The position numbers and the translations under genes are program-made. This document shows positions 28,571 to 40,075 of a DNA stretch of 64,000 bases, piece by piece. Every line of letters starts with the position of its first letter. Position 1 is the first letter of the stretch. Source of the DNA: Cyanidioschyzon merolae (Eukaryota); the NCBI GenBank assembly GCA_000091205.1, contig AP006492.2. One strand, 5' to 3'. Below the pieces are notes generated by a model. The model worked only from the letters and a program-made list of their open reading frames with translations. It was not told where the DNA came from and did no database searches.

Positions 28571-31039
28571 TCACGCGGTCTCTCCATTGGCGTGCATGGT
28601 CTCTGGGGTGGAGCTCTGGTCAGAACTCGTCGTCAGCAGCAGTGGCTGTGGTGGTAACGGTGGCTTTCCATAGGGTGACGCGCGAAGATCCGCAACCTCA
28701 GCTCGGGCATTCCCAAGTGGACGACCAGCGTGCATCATGAGGAGACCCTCGATGCAGTCATGCTCATCCGGTAAAGAATGCGCCATAGAACTATAGTCTG
28801 CTTGTCCTGCAGCGACGGCGCATCGGCTCCCTGGTAGACGATCACTTCTCGTGCGTATCTCCGCCAGAGCGGTTTCAAAGCCGCTGACTGAGGCTGGAAA
28901 CGGACTTGAGGAACAAGGAATGCCCAGTTCACGAGCTCGCTTGTGTTTCGATCGTCTAGAGGCGCTCAGTTCATCTTCAGGTTTGACACACCAGCCCGGA
29001 TGCTCTTTCATCCAAATTTCAAGGTTTCGCCAACATGGAGCCGCGTTGCCGGAGATGGTTTTCCCAGTCGTAGGGTCCCAGACCGTGACCCGCACATCAC
29101 GGAACATACTACGCGGTGTTCCATTGCTCTCCGTCGGAGCGCTGCAGCTCAGCCCTGTCGCTGGTGACACTGAAGGCGAGTGCGCATGGAGCCCCAGGCT
29201 TGCAAAGCCAGCGAGCTGCTCGGCACCGTACGATGAATCGTGACTCGATGAAAGCGCACGGTTCAAGTGCTCGAGATGCGTTCTCCCCAAGCTTGTGGAA
29301 CTTGTCGGTGACGGGCTCTGTATAAGATTGGTCAGCGTACCGCGATGTGCAGCTGCTAGGAGCACCTGCGAAAACAAAATATGGGTGCGAAGAATCACGG
29401 AGCTCGGGTGTTTTGAGGGCAGCGCCTCAAAAATTTTTCTCCAAGCCGAATTTGTATCAGTCGAATGGGGATGAATTTCGCACGGCGTCTCGTTACGTAC
29501 AGGTGAAGGCACGAACTGTATATCATCCATGTCAAGCGGGACAAGCTGGCCACCGCCGCTGCCGCTGCCGCCGCCAACTCCACCACCACTTCCAGGGGCA
29601 ACTTCTCTTTGTGCGGCACACGTGCGTAGAGGCATCGCAACTGAGCACGGACCTCGCGAACGATGCTTTCGACAATTCAGAAAACTTTCTGTAATGTTCG
29701 CCTCGATCGAGCCGTGCTCCGCCAGCTCAGCAAGATCACAGCATTCGTCGTCTGAATCGACTCCATGCCCCAAATGGGCCAGCTCTTCACTGCAGCGCAC
29801 GATCAATTCCACCAGGCGAACGACTTCATCTGATGTCCAGTCTTTCAACACATAATTCATAACAGTCGTGGTGAACGAGTCTTGGAATGAGGCCTCAGAG
29901 GCGATGGGTACTGTTTCAGCAACCATCATCGCTTCCTCTGGAGTGCCTGTGCGTCTTCTCTCCCGAAGTGCTTCACGCACTTTCTGGTCTACCTCTTTGA
30001 GGATATCGCGAACGTGGTCGTTGGCAGTAGATAAGGATGAAAATGCCGCCATCGCCGCTCGCGAGCGCCGGGACGCTCGTCGGCGCTTGGAGCTCTTCTC
30101 CTCAAACGATTTTTCGACCCATCCGGGATTCTTCTCTAGCCAGGCATCCAGATTGCGACGATACGGTGCGGCATTTCCGGCTACCGTTCGGCCTGTGGCT
30201 GGATGCCATACCGTAACATGCTCGTCTTCAGGTGACTGCTCCAGCAGCGATTCCAACTGCCCGGAAGCTATCAGTTTTCCAGTCAATTGAATCGCTACTC
30301 GATTTCGATCATAATAATCAGTTAGGCAACCAGGCTCTATACTTTCCTGCTTCAAAGGCGAGGCGGTGTGTCCCAGTTTTTGCACCCCATGAATGGGTAT
30401 GGCGTTCGAGTGCCCAGGCGACAGTCCTCGGCCCAAGCTACGAGAAAAATAACGGCCATCGGCACTATTGGCCCATGCGGCCGGATTGCGATGTGGATAG
30501 GTATAAACTGCTCCTGCTACCGTCTGCGCTGGTGCTGCTGTCCATGTGCGTGCGCACGGTGCCCACTCCGGAGCGAACGCACCCGGCGGCCCTTGCTGGT
30601 TCGAATTTCGAGAACTCGGAATAAAGATACCAGATGGATGGAACTCAAATGCGACACCGTCGTTCGCATGCGAAGCCGTAACTAGTGGTCCAAAATTGCC
30701 TCCATTCAGCTGGCTGATGCCGTTTTGCACTGGTGGCGACCCCACATGGATATGCTCGTCAAAAGCATGTGCCGTCGAACGCCCGTGGACCTGATTTTGG
30801 ACAAGAGGCGTTGCCTGTGCGACCTTCCTGTTCGCGCTGAGGTACCCATTCAATTCAGTCTCTTCTACTGGACCGCCTATCTCGCCTGGTGTTGTTGCTT
30901 CTGCGATATGTGAAGCACCAGGATAAGCGGAGCTGGGTCTCCCTATGGTGCTACCGTTCAACATGGAACGGAAACTCACGAAAAAAGCTTCTATTGCACA
31001 GACACCTACTCGCACACAGCAGGGACAAGTACCCCACAC
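28571..31039 (-). CDS. hypothetical protein (822 aa) with two copies of a ~35-aa motif W-x-P-x-TG-[RK]-T-x-x-GNAAP-x-x-RNL-x-x-W-x-x-x-x-PGW, plus Gly-rich and Ser-rich low-complexity tracts
   Basis: Repeats 'VTVWHPATGRTVAGNAAPYRRNLDAWLEKNPGWVEKS' and 'VRVTVWDPTTGKTISGNAAPCWRNLEIWMKEHPGWCVKPED'. Each is followed by a basic KR-rich stretch. 'GGGVGGGSGSGGGQ' linker. No assignable known domain. Confidence 0.5.
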   Translation of the reverse strand: MWGTCPCCVRVGVCAIEAFFVSFRSMLNGSTIGRPSSAYPGASHIAEATTPGEIGGPVEETELNGYLSANRKVAQATPLVQNQVHGRSTAHAFDEHIHVGSPPVQNGISQLNGGNFGPLVTASHANDGVAFEFHPSGIFIPSSRNSNQQGPPGAFAPEWAPCARTWTAAPAQTVAGAVYTYPHRNPAAWANSADGRYFSRSLGRGLSPGHSNAIPIHGVQKLGHTASPLKQESIEPGCLTDYYDRNRVAIQLTGKLIASGQLESLLEQSPEDEHVTVWHPATGRTVAGNAAPYRRNLDAWLEKNPGWVEKSFEEKSSKRRRASRRSRAAMAAFSSLSTANDHVRDILKEVDQKVREALRERRRTGTPEEAMMVAETVPIASEASFQDSFTTTVMNYVLKDWTSDEVVRLVELIVRCSEELAHLGHGVDSDDECCDLAELAEHGSIEANITESFLNCRKHRSRGPCSVAMPLRTCAAQREVAPGSGGGVGGGSGSGGGQLVPLDMDDIQFVPSPVRNETPCEIHPHSTDTNSAWRKIFEALPSKHPSSVILRTHILFSQVLLAAAHRGTLTNLIQSPSPTSSTSLGRTHLEHLNRALSSSHDSSYGAEQLAGFASLGLHAHSPSVSPATGLSCSAPTESNGTPRSMFRDVRVTVWDPTTGKTISGNAAPCWRNLEIWMKEHPGWCVKPEDELSASRRSKHKRARELGIPCSSSPFPASVSGFETALAEIRTRSDRLPGSRCAVAAGQADYSSMAHSLPDEHDCIEGLLMMHAGRPLGNARAEVADLRASPYGKPPLPPQPLLLTTSSDQSSTPETMHANGETA

Positions 31040-31963
31040 CTAGGCCCTCTAAGTCACAGCGGGCGCCCTAGTTGCTCCAGGAACACGGCCCGAGTTTCGC
31101 GCGCTCGCCAGCGCTTGACGACACCGACGGTTGCCGGCGTAACGACGGTACGCCGCTCGACCTTTCACACGCGGCAAGACGGCGTCAGCCCGCACCACAA
31201 TCCAGACACACCGTGCTGAGCCGAACAAGTTGCCGATAGGCACAGCAACTTAGCCTTGATCAAACTAAAGGCGCAATTTCCGACACCCCCTGTACCAACC
31301 AAAACTCCCTGATGGACGCACTGGCACACAAACCAATTCTAGACCTACTCCTTGCTGGGCAATGCTGCAGCATTACCGCGCCGCATGACGATGCACCCGC
31401 GGCGTGTTCGCGCGCTGGACACCCGTTGCGTCGCACCTGACGACGCCGGTGTCCCCGAGCCGCGCGCATCATGCCGTGCTCCCAAAACTGGAGGCTAGCA
31501 GACAGCGCATCGCGGGCGATTCCGAGAAGGACGCTCTCCAGAGATTCGACGGCAGCGCGGGATGCGCGGCAGCGCCCGGGAGCGCATCGGGTCGATGGCA
31601 GCGAGGCGCGCAAGATTCGGGGCTGCGGTACGCTGTGCACTGCGGTGTACGAAATGTCCAGGTAATGGAGCGCACCCGAATGAGGCCGCGAGGTACCGCA
31701 GCGCATCAAGAGGCCGGCGCGCTCGCGCTCGGCGTCGAGCGCAGCGTCTGTTGGTAGGTTTCGTGCTGTACGCTCAGGTGTGTCTGAGAAGCTATTTGCG
31801 CTTCGCGGAGCACTTGTGCAGGCCGAAGGCCTCTTCGAGGCAGCGCGGGCAGACTCTTGGTATATAAGAGGTGCGTGTTCTGTCGTCGTATCTTTACGCT
31901 GTGTGGACGCAGGACGCCGAAACTGGTTCAATAGGGAAGGTTTTTTAGCTTCACCTTCTAGGC

Positions 31964-33562
31964 ATGGAGGGGTTGACTGCGTTTGTAGCGTGTGCTGGGG
32001 TTCGGAGGGCCGTGCTTTCCTGTTCGGCTCGTTTCTGTAGCCAGAGTAAGGTTCCGAACGCGTACAACGCTGGCACGAAGCTCCTAGTAACAGCCTGCCG
32101 AGGCGGCGCTCGGCTCCTTGTGGCAGACGCTGCTTCAGAAGTAGCTGCTAAAGCAGAAGAGCCGCCCGCCAGGGGCAGTCTCGAGAGTCGCCAGAAGCAA
32201 AACGGTTCGAGAACGGCAGACGACCGCATTGTCGTGATCGGGTTGTCGCACCACACTGCGAGCGTTGACCTGCGTGAGCGGCTCGCAGTTCCTGAGTCAG
32301 AATGGAAGGAGGCTGCAGCTCTCGTTGTCGAGGCCTGCCCAAGCGTGAACGAGGTTGCTTTGCTGTCCACCTGCAACCGCTTCGAAGTGTACTTTGCATG
32401 TGCTGACACGAAGCGCGGTATTCTAGAGGTAACAAAGTTCCTCAGCCAGCGGAGCGGTATCGAAATACCAGAACTGCGAAGCCATCTCTTTATGCTCGTC
32501 GAAGAGGATGCCATTTGGCACTTGTTACGCGTCTCCGCTGGTTTGGACTCGCTCGTTGTTGGTGAAGGTCAGATCTTGGCACAGGTGAAACGATGCTACG
32601 AACGAGCGACGGAGCCGGGCGGCATGGCTGGAAAACTGCTCACAAGGCTGCTCAACGCAGCAGTGTCAGCGGGGAAACGTGTTCGGACTGAAACAGGTAT
32701 ATCGAAAGGAGCTGTTTCCATTAGCTCGGCTGCTGTAGAACTGATGGTTGCACGGTACGCAGACGACATCCTGGGGGGCCTACATGCAGCTCCAGTTGAG
32801 GATATGAACAACGTTTCAGCCGCTTTGACGAGTACGCAGGTCTGCATTGTTGGAGCTGGTGCCATGTCACGGCTTCTAGTGACGCACTTGCTCTCACGAG
32901 GTGTGACCCGCATAACGATCGTGAACCGGAGCTTGCAGCGGGCACGTGACCTGCTTAAGCAGTTTCCAGATGTAGATATTGTTATCCGGCCTATGAGTGA
33001 ATTGTTTGATGCGGTGATCGAAGCAGATGTCGTCTTTACATCCACATCATCTCGTGAACCTCTTCTTACCGCGGATAACCTTGAAGAACACTTCTCCAGA
33101 GCTGAAGCCGCTCTGCACTCTCGAATCTTCATTGACATATCGGTTCCTCGGAATATTGCGGAGGACGTGAATAGAATCGACGGTGTTCACGCGTACAACG
33201 TTGACGACCTTAAGGCGGTGGTGGCACGTAATCAGCTACGTCGCCGCCGCCTGATGATCGAAGCGGAAAATCTGTTGCGGGATGAGCTGCGCCAGTTTCG
33301 AAACTGGCAGTCGAGTCTGGGTTGCATTCCGGCGATAACGAAGTTGCAGGATCGAGCGGAGGATATCCGGCTCGAGGAGCTGGCGAAGGTTACGGGGAAA
33401 CTCGCCGACTTGACGGACAAGGAACGCGATGCTGTTGAGCGTCTCACCAAAGGAATCGTGAACAAGCTTCTACATGGCCCGCTAAGTCATCTTCGGGGGT
33501 TACAAGACATCGACGAGCGGCGAGAAACAATTAAGAACTTGGAGAGCATGTTTCGCCTATAG
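31964..33562 (+). CDS. hemA: glutamyl-tRNA reductase (C5 tetrapyrrole pathway) with ~85-aa N-terminal transit-like extension
   Basis: GluTR motifs: 'IVVIGLSHHTASVDLRERLAV', 'LLSTCNRFEVYFA', 'GEGQILAQVKRCYE', NADPH-binding 'VCIVGAGAMSRLLVTHLLSRGV', C-terminal dimerisation helix. N-terminus Ala/Arg/Ser-rich. Confidence 0.85.
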   Translation: MEGLTAFVACAGVRRAVLSCSARFCSQSKVPNAYNAGTKLLVTACRGGARLLVADAASEVAAKAEEPPARGSLESRQKQNGSRTADDRIVVIGLSHHTASVDLRERLAVPESEWKEAAALVVEACPSVNEVALLSTCNRFEVYFACADTKRGILEVTKFLSQRSGIEIPELRSHLFMLVEEDAIWHLLRVSAGLDSLVVGEGQILAQVKRCYERATEPGGMAGKLLTRLLNAAVSAGKRVRTETGISKGAVSISSAAVELMVARYADDILGGLHAAPVEDMNNVSAALTSTQVCIVGAGAMSRLLVTHLLSRGVTRITIVNRSLQRARDLLKQFPDVDIVIRPMSELFDAVIEADVVFTSTSSREPLLTADNLEEHFSRAEAALHSRIFIDISVPRNIAEDVNRIDGVHAYNVDDLKAVVARNQLRRRRLMIEAENLLRDELRQFRNWQSSLGCIPAITKLQDRAEDIRLEELAKVTGKLADLTDKERDAVERLTKGIVNKLLHGPLSHLRGLQDIDERRETIKNLESMFRL

Positions 33563-34026
33563 ATTCGCGATAGCAGCCCAGAGAGAAGCTCGCCTGGCTT
33601 TGCCTTGAAAGGGCATTGCCGGGATGCGGGAGACCTGCATAGCTGCGTGTGATCGCTACGGTAGCTACATCAGTCAAGAGCTCGCGACTGAAGTGTACCT
33701 TTGCCGAAAATGCGTGGCACATGTCTCATACGATCCTAACGTAGCCTAGATGACTTCGTGAACTAGTCTGGACATTTGTAGCCTTATGTTCTCTGATGCT
33801 TCAGTCTGTATATGAGGCGACCGCAGATAACGGGTTTATACCTACCGACTTTTCACGCGACACATAAAAAAGTTATGGGCGCCTTGGACTTGCTCGTTGC
33901 GAGCCCGACACTATCGAAGAACGTCGCAATCCCAGAAAATTGCTACTGTTGTAGTCTTTGAACTCAACTTGGTCTCACCCTCGATGCTTGTGATCAAATG
34001 CATTCTCGCAGTGTATCGTAGGTTAC

Positions 34027-34900
34027 CGAAACCAGTATGAAATGTACCACACAGATCTGATACCGATTGCCTTCAGGATAATTCCTACTAAACAGTGCAA
34101 CGAGGACTGCATTCCTCCTTCAGGCCAGTGATACCACAGTACTCAGATGGTTGAGGAACACTGACAGAACCACGAATATGCGCTCAGCGCCAAAAAACCG
34201 ATATTTTCAAAGCCTGCTTGCGGTCAATGGTGTAAAACGCCCCGTTGATGACTCTAAACAAAGCAAAAGCCACGATAGTAGCCACCACTGGCGCCTGTGA
34301 GGCTCAACATCTTGTTCGTGTGGTTCTGGAAACAAAACACTGGGATACAGTCGCAAAAACAGAGTCCTAGATCAGGAACGGCCATCTTCCACCGAAACCG
34401 CATCGACAGCATTCCTGGAATGTTGCAATCCGCATAATGCAGCGGGACGTCGGTCTGTTGCTTTCAGTCGATGAGACTTCCTTCTGGCGAAGCAGTCCGA
34501 GCGTATATGGGTATTCGCTGCGAGGGAGCCCGTTCTAAGTACAATCGAACGCGAAGAGAAACGGGATACCATCATCTGTTCGAACCGCAGTGGATTCATT
34601 TTGCGACCTCAGTTTGGACTCCCAGTCAAGGCTCATACACAGCATCAACCACTTTATGGAATTATTGAAGACTGTCCCCTGACGCCTAGCGATGTCCTTG
34701 TATTGGACAAGGTGATCATTCACCTTTCCCTTTGCGTTCGAAGTTTTGCCGATTCTATCGGGGTAGGGCTGCTTTCTGTTCCTCAGTAGGCTTCGTATTT
34801 TAACGGCATCAAAGGAGCGTTTCGTATCGTGGAACGTAATCATCGCACCACTGGCCGAGTCGCTGAAGCGTTCAGCACACAGTGACTCCGAGGCACATTT
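34027..34900 (+). repeat. repeat family C, copy 1 (874 bp). 5' part of a composite 1.35-kb unit together with the adjacent TnpB-like fragment.
   Basis: Reverse-complement identity (>95%) to 48936-49809. Shares spurious ORFs (MNPLRFEQMMVSRF..., MKKCASESLCAERF...). Confidence 0.8.
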
Positions 34901-35099
34901 CTTCATTCTTGCGAAAGTCACTCTCCGTCGGAGAAGTTCCCCAACTTAGGGCGTAAACAAGCGCATTCATTTGAAGAAATGAAAAGCCAGGGGACCTAAA
35001 GGACATGGAAGCCGAGGAGGCTGAAGGGCCGGTGTCGCCGGCTCCCGCAAAATAAACGAGCGGAATCCTGTTCTCGCTGACCATCGAGCGAAGAAGAGA

Positions 35100-35410
35100 G
35101 GAGATGGGCGAAACAAGGCATTTGTCCTACGGGGCGATGAAAAGACTAATGTGGCACAGAGGGCACAAATTCTGATAATCATGGCATTAATGAGTTCCAT
35201 CAGAGGCACCAAACGCATGGAGTTTGTGAAACGAGAAATTAACACTGCAATCAGTATCAGCGGATGTGCGGTTCTGAGGAAGAGGCCTCCGGAGTTGAGA
35301 TAATCCAAATTTGTGGGGGAATTTCTCAAGGTGGAATTCCACGGCGACAAGTTGAAGCCAGTAGTAAGGGGCCGGCCGAGAACGACTGAGAGGCGTCTGC
35401 ACATCGGTGG
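35100..35410 (+). pseudogene. TnpB/Fanzor-like C-terminal remnant (ends '...RMEFVKREINTAISISGCAVLRKRPPELR*', stop at 35303) plus conserved 3' tail (to ~35410)
   Basis: Aligns to copy-2 C-terminus 'KQRMEFVNRGFNAAISIRRCAVLKTRSAELTRA'. Tail 'gactgagaggcgtctgcacatcggtgg' matches tails of the other copies. RuvC-III Asp replaced by Glu. Confidence 0.6.
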
Positions 35411-36969
35411 CGGACGTTTTGTCTAGGGCGGGCGGTGCGCCGCTCACCATCAAACTGCACCGCCTATACAACGTTTGTCGCTCGCAAAGCATTCATTGTT
35501 TTCGGTGTGTAGAGCGTGGGTATATGATTCCCCACGTTCGTTCAGTTCTGGGCCGTCTGGGGCGCCAGGTACGTGCACCTCTGGGACTCAGTGCTCGACC
35601 CGTGAGAGTCTGGCACCGCGATCCGAGGATTCCCAGCTGGTCGCACCGCTATATTTGCTGGGTAGGTGCGCTAGCATGTTCGGAGCAGCGTCTGCAGCGT
35701 CCACTCGGGAGCCTTCTGCAGAAGATGTGTAAGAGAGGGCTTAGTATGCCCTCAGCAACTCGTTCTAGTCCTTTGGAGACGGTTCCCGTTCCTACGATGG
35801 GAGAGTCTATCACAGAAGGTACACTTGTGGCGCTGTTAAAACACGTTGGCGACGCGGTGAAAGAGGACGAGGTTGTGGCACAAATCGAGACGGATAAAGT
35901 CACGGTTGATGTTCGATCTCCTGTATCTGGAGTAATACGGGAGATCATGGCAGCCGAGGGTGACAACGTTACCGTTGGTAAGGACTTGTTCCGAGTTGAG
36001 GTGGGCGCACAAGGCGAAACAGTCGCGGCACAGCAGCGCCAGGCAGAAAAGCTTTCTCAGAGTGAACCTGAGCCCAATCACATCGAGCCGCAAGAAGAGC
36101 GATCAGGAGGGCCAGCAGGGTCGCCACCGCCACCACCGGCAGACGTTGAGCACGGTGAAGAGCACGCAGAGGCAGCGGCTGCGCAACTCACGGGGCGCTC
36201 TGTTGTCCAGCGTGGAGCAGCGGCAGCTGCAGCTGCAGGCGCGCTCCTGCAACAGGACGAAGCCGGCGAGCGTCGTGTTCCCATGAGCCGCATGCGGCGT
36301 CGTATTGCAGAGCGGCTTAAGCATGCTCAGAATACTGCTGCTATGCTAACGACATTCAACGAATGTGACCTGACGAGCCTTTCGGAAATGCGCGCAAGCT
36401 TTAAGGATGGTTTCGAGAAACGCTATGGGTCAAAACTGGGATATATGAGTGCCTTTGTGAAAGCCTCAGCGATTGCACTCGAGGAGCAACCTGAGGTGAA
36501 TGCTGTAATCGATGGCGATGAAATTCTCTATCGAGACTACGTGGATATATCTGTCGCAGTAAGCACGCCTACCGGACTTGTGACCCCGGTGCTGCGTGGA
36601 GTGGAGAAGATGAGCTTTGCGGATATTGAACTGCAGCTGGCCGATTTTGCAAAAAGAGCTCGAGAAGGTCAGATTCAGTTGGAGGAGCTCCAAGGCGGTA
36701 CGTTCACGATCTCGAACGGAGGCGTATTCGGCAGTCTTCTCAGTACCCCCATCATTAACATGCCACAATCGGCAATTCTGGGCATGCACGCGATTCAGAG
36801 ACGGCCAGTCGTTGTCGGAGACGAGATCGCTATCCGGCCTATGATGTATTTGGCCCTGACGTACGACCATCGCTTAATAGACGGTAGGGAGGCAGTGACG
36901 TTTCTACGTAGAATCAAAGCGCTCATTGAGGATCCGAGAAGAATGCTAGTTGGCGTTTATGGCTTTTGA
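35407..36969 (+). CDS. DLST: dihydrolipoamide succinyltransferase, E2 component of 2-oxoglutarate dehydrogenase (mitochondrial)
   Basis: Single lipoyl domain '[42 protein letters not shown]'. Catalytic '[24 protein letters not shown]'. SucB-like '[30 protein letters not shown]'. The Met at 35524 is a plausible true start. The first 40 codons overlap the TnpB-remnant tail. Confidence 0.85.
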   Translation: MADVLSRAGGAPLTIKLHRLYNVCRSQSIHCFRCVERGYMIPHVRSVLGRLGRQVRAPLGLSARPVRVWHRDPRIPSWSHRYICWVGALACSEQRLQRPLGSLLQKMCKRGLSMPSATRSSPLETVPVPTMGESITEGTLVALLKHVGDAVKEDEVVAQIETDKVTVDVRSPVSGVIREIMAAEGDNVTVGKDLFRVEVGAQGETVAAQQRQAEKLSQSEPEPNHIEPQEERSGGPAGSPPPPPADVEHGEEHAEAAAAQLTGRSVVQRGAAAAAAAGALLQQDEAGERRVPMSRMRRRIAERLKHAQNTAAMLTTFNECDLTSLSEMRASFKDGFEKRYGSKLGYMSAFVKASAIALEEQPEVNAVIDGDEILYRDYVDISVAVSTPTGLVTPVLRGVEKMSFADIELQLADFAKRAREGQIQLEELQGGTFTISNGGVFGSLLSTPIINMPQSAILGMHAIQRRPVVVGDEIAIRPMMYLALTYDHRLIDGREAVTFLRRIKALIEDPRRMLVGVYGF

Positions 36970-37371
36970 AAGTTCCTACAGATAGATATCTGTTGCAGAT
37001 CTCTTAACCTTCGCCTCTGGTAAATCCTGCTCATGCTATTCGGAGCACTCGGTACGCTTTGCATCGTGCTGGGCGATCGCGCATGCTGCTCCCAGAAGAC
37101 GACGCAAACCAAAGCATTCCAGAATAATCCGCATATAGCACGTGTTGGTGCCCAAAGCACACCGTCTCAGCAAGCGCAATGTCGCTGAAAAGATGAGCCT
37201 ACATACGCTCACCAATCGCAAACTCGAATTAGAGCCCGTCTAGGCACCGCAAAGCTTTTCTGTAACCGCTGGTGACCACGGAAGTGGATCCGACGCCGCG
37301 GCACGCGTCTGCGGTAGGCTCGGGACCCAGACGGCTACAGCCGTCCGACCCGTCTAGTGAAGAATCAAACT

Positions 37372-38415
37372 GAAATGAAACTCTGACCTTCCTGCTGTGA
37401 TCGTACTTTGCATGCTTTTCCGACCGTTTTCTAGATGTGCAGCCCCGGCACTCGAACGATGGCAAGAAGCGCTTCAGGATTCATACGTAGTTTCCTGGTG
37501 CTGAGTTGCCGTTTCGGAGTCACTGCTTTGACGCTTTGTCACAGGAACTCGGTACGTAATCGAAATCGATATGGTTCGCTGCGCTCTAGGGCAAGGTTCA
37601 TGAAATAACAGCCGCGACCATCGAATTCATACGCAAAAGAATGCATTATTTTTGTTTTGTCACATAGTGCATGCTCGCATCACGCGTCTTGCATGTTTTC
37701 GATGTTTCTGTTTCAAGGCACCCGTGGGTGCAGTGATTCGCGCCAGCGGACTGAGGTGGAAAAGTAGTCGACACCGTTTCTCGATGGCATGCGCACAAGC
37801 TCATTCCATAAGCTTACTGAACCTGGTCAAGCCCAGTAATCAGTTCCGCTCGAAAAACAAGTCATCCCCTATTTGGGGCCATCATCCCCAAGAGAAACCC
37901 GGCATCGTAGTGGGCGTTCACGAACGCGGAAACCGGGGTCGTCATCGAGGATGGCCCCAGGTACCCCCGGATGACGTGTACTGAGCGTTGCAACAATCGT
38001 GTACGCAATGGAAAGTAGCCTTCGGACGAGCGTGTATGCTGGACGTACGGGAAGACCTGTCCAGTGTCAAGTGTGACCGCTGCGAAGCGGACACCGACGC
38101 TGTATACGAATGAGCTGACTGTAGCGAGCGACGTGTAGGTGGCAACTCGCGCTTGTGCATGAAATGCGTCAACAGCGGCTGCGAGTGGCGAAACCGACAC
38201 TTTCTACATTGCCATGAACGTCCATTGATTGCCAACAAGGGAGCTGGAGAGACAGATGAGACCGACATTGTTACAGCCGCGGATACGAGACAGGAATGGA
38301 AGCAGTCGTTCCAGGGCAGACAAGGGATGTTTTTATGTAATTTAGGGCGAGATCTGAAGATCTGTGTACCCGCCCGAGTTCGAAGAACCGTGCCTTTTTA
38401 TGCTGACATTGGTGT
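37372..38415 (+). repeat. interspersed repeat family B, copy 3 (~1.05 kb)
   Basis: Identity to B2 (inverted) and partially to B1. Internal imperfect palindrome around 'ggggccatcatcccc...gaggatggcccc'. Confidence 0.8.
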
Positions 38416-39331
38416 AGTTCTCTTTTAACTGATCGCAAACAACGCACCTATGCCGACATTTCACATGCTGTGATGTCGTGCCTGTGGTACAAGCTCAGCG
38501 CTGACACCTGGTAACCCTGCATTGCAAAAAGTTCTGCTATCCAGGATGCACAATTGTCAAGATTCCGCTCGTGATGCCAGGCACCGAAGCGCGAACCAGG
38601 ATGATGCTCCGCATAAAGATTTACTAGATATCTCTCTCGCGGGGAAGACCCTGCCAGTATGTATGAGTAATGGACAACTCTTGACTGCCTTAAGCTTCCC
38701 CGAAAGGACAAAGGCTCTTCACTATTTGTGCGGGTGCTTTACTTGCGTGTTTGAACTGTCGCAGACTTTGGTGCACTGCCAATACCTAAAGGGAACTTCG
38801 GGAATGAGCCACCAGGCCAAACGCACCGCCGCTCTGCGCTGAGAGCTCTCAGAATATTTTTGAGTACTAGCATGCTGGAGTTCGCAGACTCGTACTGCTC
38901 CGGTGCTGTGCATCGCGAAGCGTAGAGCCGAACTTCTCACATTAGCGGTATGTTAGGGGTTTCCGACAGAGACGAGAGTTCGCGCTTTGAGCTGTACCAG
39001 CGCTAGACGTTCTAGAAAATCAGGTATCTATACGTAGTTTGATCATCTACGCTGAAAGCTCTGCAAGTATTGAACGAAGAAAAAAAGCGAAGTTGGGAAT
39101 CTTCCATGTTACCACTACACCAGCAGCGCAGCAGGATGCGCTGCCCGGGAATCGTGCGGGATTACATAACCCGGGGCAGAAGAAGATTCCATATATCAAC
39201 GCAACTTAATCTCCAATTCAGTATATAAAGGTCGAGCTATTGTGACATTTAATCGGAACCCGGCCGCCGTACTGCTGGCTGCTCGAACCTACATATTTCA
39301 CGATCCGTAGTTGTGAAGTCGCTCTTGGGCG

Positions 39332-40075
39332 ATGCCTCAAGTCTCTGGCGACCTGCGTCGTTACGAACTTGAGCTGTCGCATGTTATAGAATCAGCAAAT
39401 GCAGATATTAGCAGCCTCGCCTCCGAAGCTGGTGCTGAAGCTCGGCGACACGTCGTGTCCAGAATAACGCACTGGCTGCGGACGGCGAACGACTTGCTCG
39501 CCCGGATGGAGTTGGAGGCCAAATCCACCGAGGGTGATGACCTCGACAGGGCGGCCGCGGAATCCGTAGTCTCCGACGGAAGGCAACGAGTCGTGCGCTT
39601 GAGGCGAAGTCTGCGGGGTGTGGAGCAGGCACTGCAGCGAGAAGAACTAATTTCGCGCTCTCAGCAATCCTCGGGTCCGCGGGTCGCCCGCGAGGTGGAC
39701 GCAACCGACGCGCCCTTGCTGGACACCACGAAGGAGCACCGCGCTGGTGTAGCTGGTGTAACGGACACACTCGTGAAAGCTTCTCTCCACATCCAGGATT
39801 CAAAGCGCGTGCTTGCTGAAACAGAGTCCGTTGGTGCGAATGTTCTGGCGGACCTTGAAGCTCAGGGCCGCACGCTTGAGCGTTCGTATAGCCGCTTGCA
39901 GAGTATGGGTTCTCGTCTGCTCTCCAGCAGTGGGATCATCTCTACGATGCGTGGCACAGAGCGAATGCGACGACTGCTTATCCTTGGATTGGTAGGTGCC
40001 GTTCTTCTGTCTATTGGTGCGTTGATGACGATCAAAGTTTGGCCGCACAAAGGCGGCGTTGTTGACGGGAATTGA
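39332..40075 (+). CDS. Vti1-like Qb-SNARE (tail-anchored)
   Basis: C-terminal SNARE heptads 'VLAETESVGANVLADLEAQGRTLERSYSRLQSMGSRLLSSSGIISTMRGTERMRR' followed by TM anchor 'LLILGLVGAVLLSIGALMTIKVW'. N-terminal three-helix region resembles the Vti1 N-domain. Confidence 0.6.
   Translation: MPQVSGDLRRYELELSHVIESANADISSLASEAGAEARRHVVSRITHWLRTANDLLARMELEAKSTEGDDLDRAAAESVVSDGRQRVVRLRRSLRGVEQALQREELISRSQQSSGPRVAREVDATDAPLLDTTKEHRAGVAGVTDTLVKASLHIQDSKRVLAETESVGANVLADLEAQGRTLERSYSRLQSMGSRLLSSSGIISTMRGTERMRRLLILGLVGAVLLSIGALMTIKVWPHKGGVVDGN

Noticed and set aside
34027-34900. Whether repeat C is simply the 5' portion of the Fanzor-like family
   Set aside because: There is no nucleotide similarity to the 5' leader or N-terminal coding region of the full-length copies (9352-10800, 56374-57700). 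Only weak, inconclusive peptide resemblance is seen in one frame. C is treated as a distinct unit fused to TnpB C-terminal fragments.
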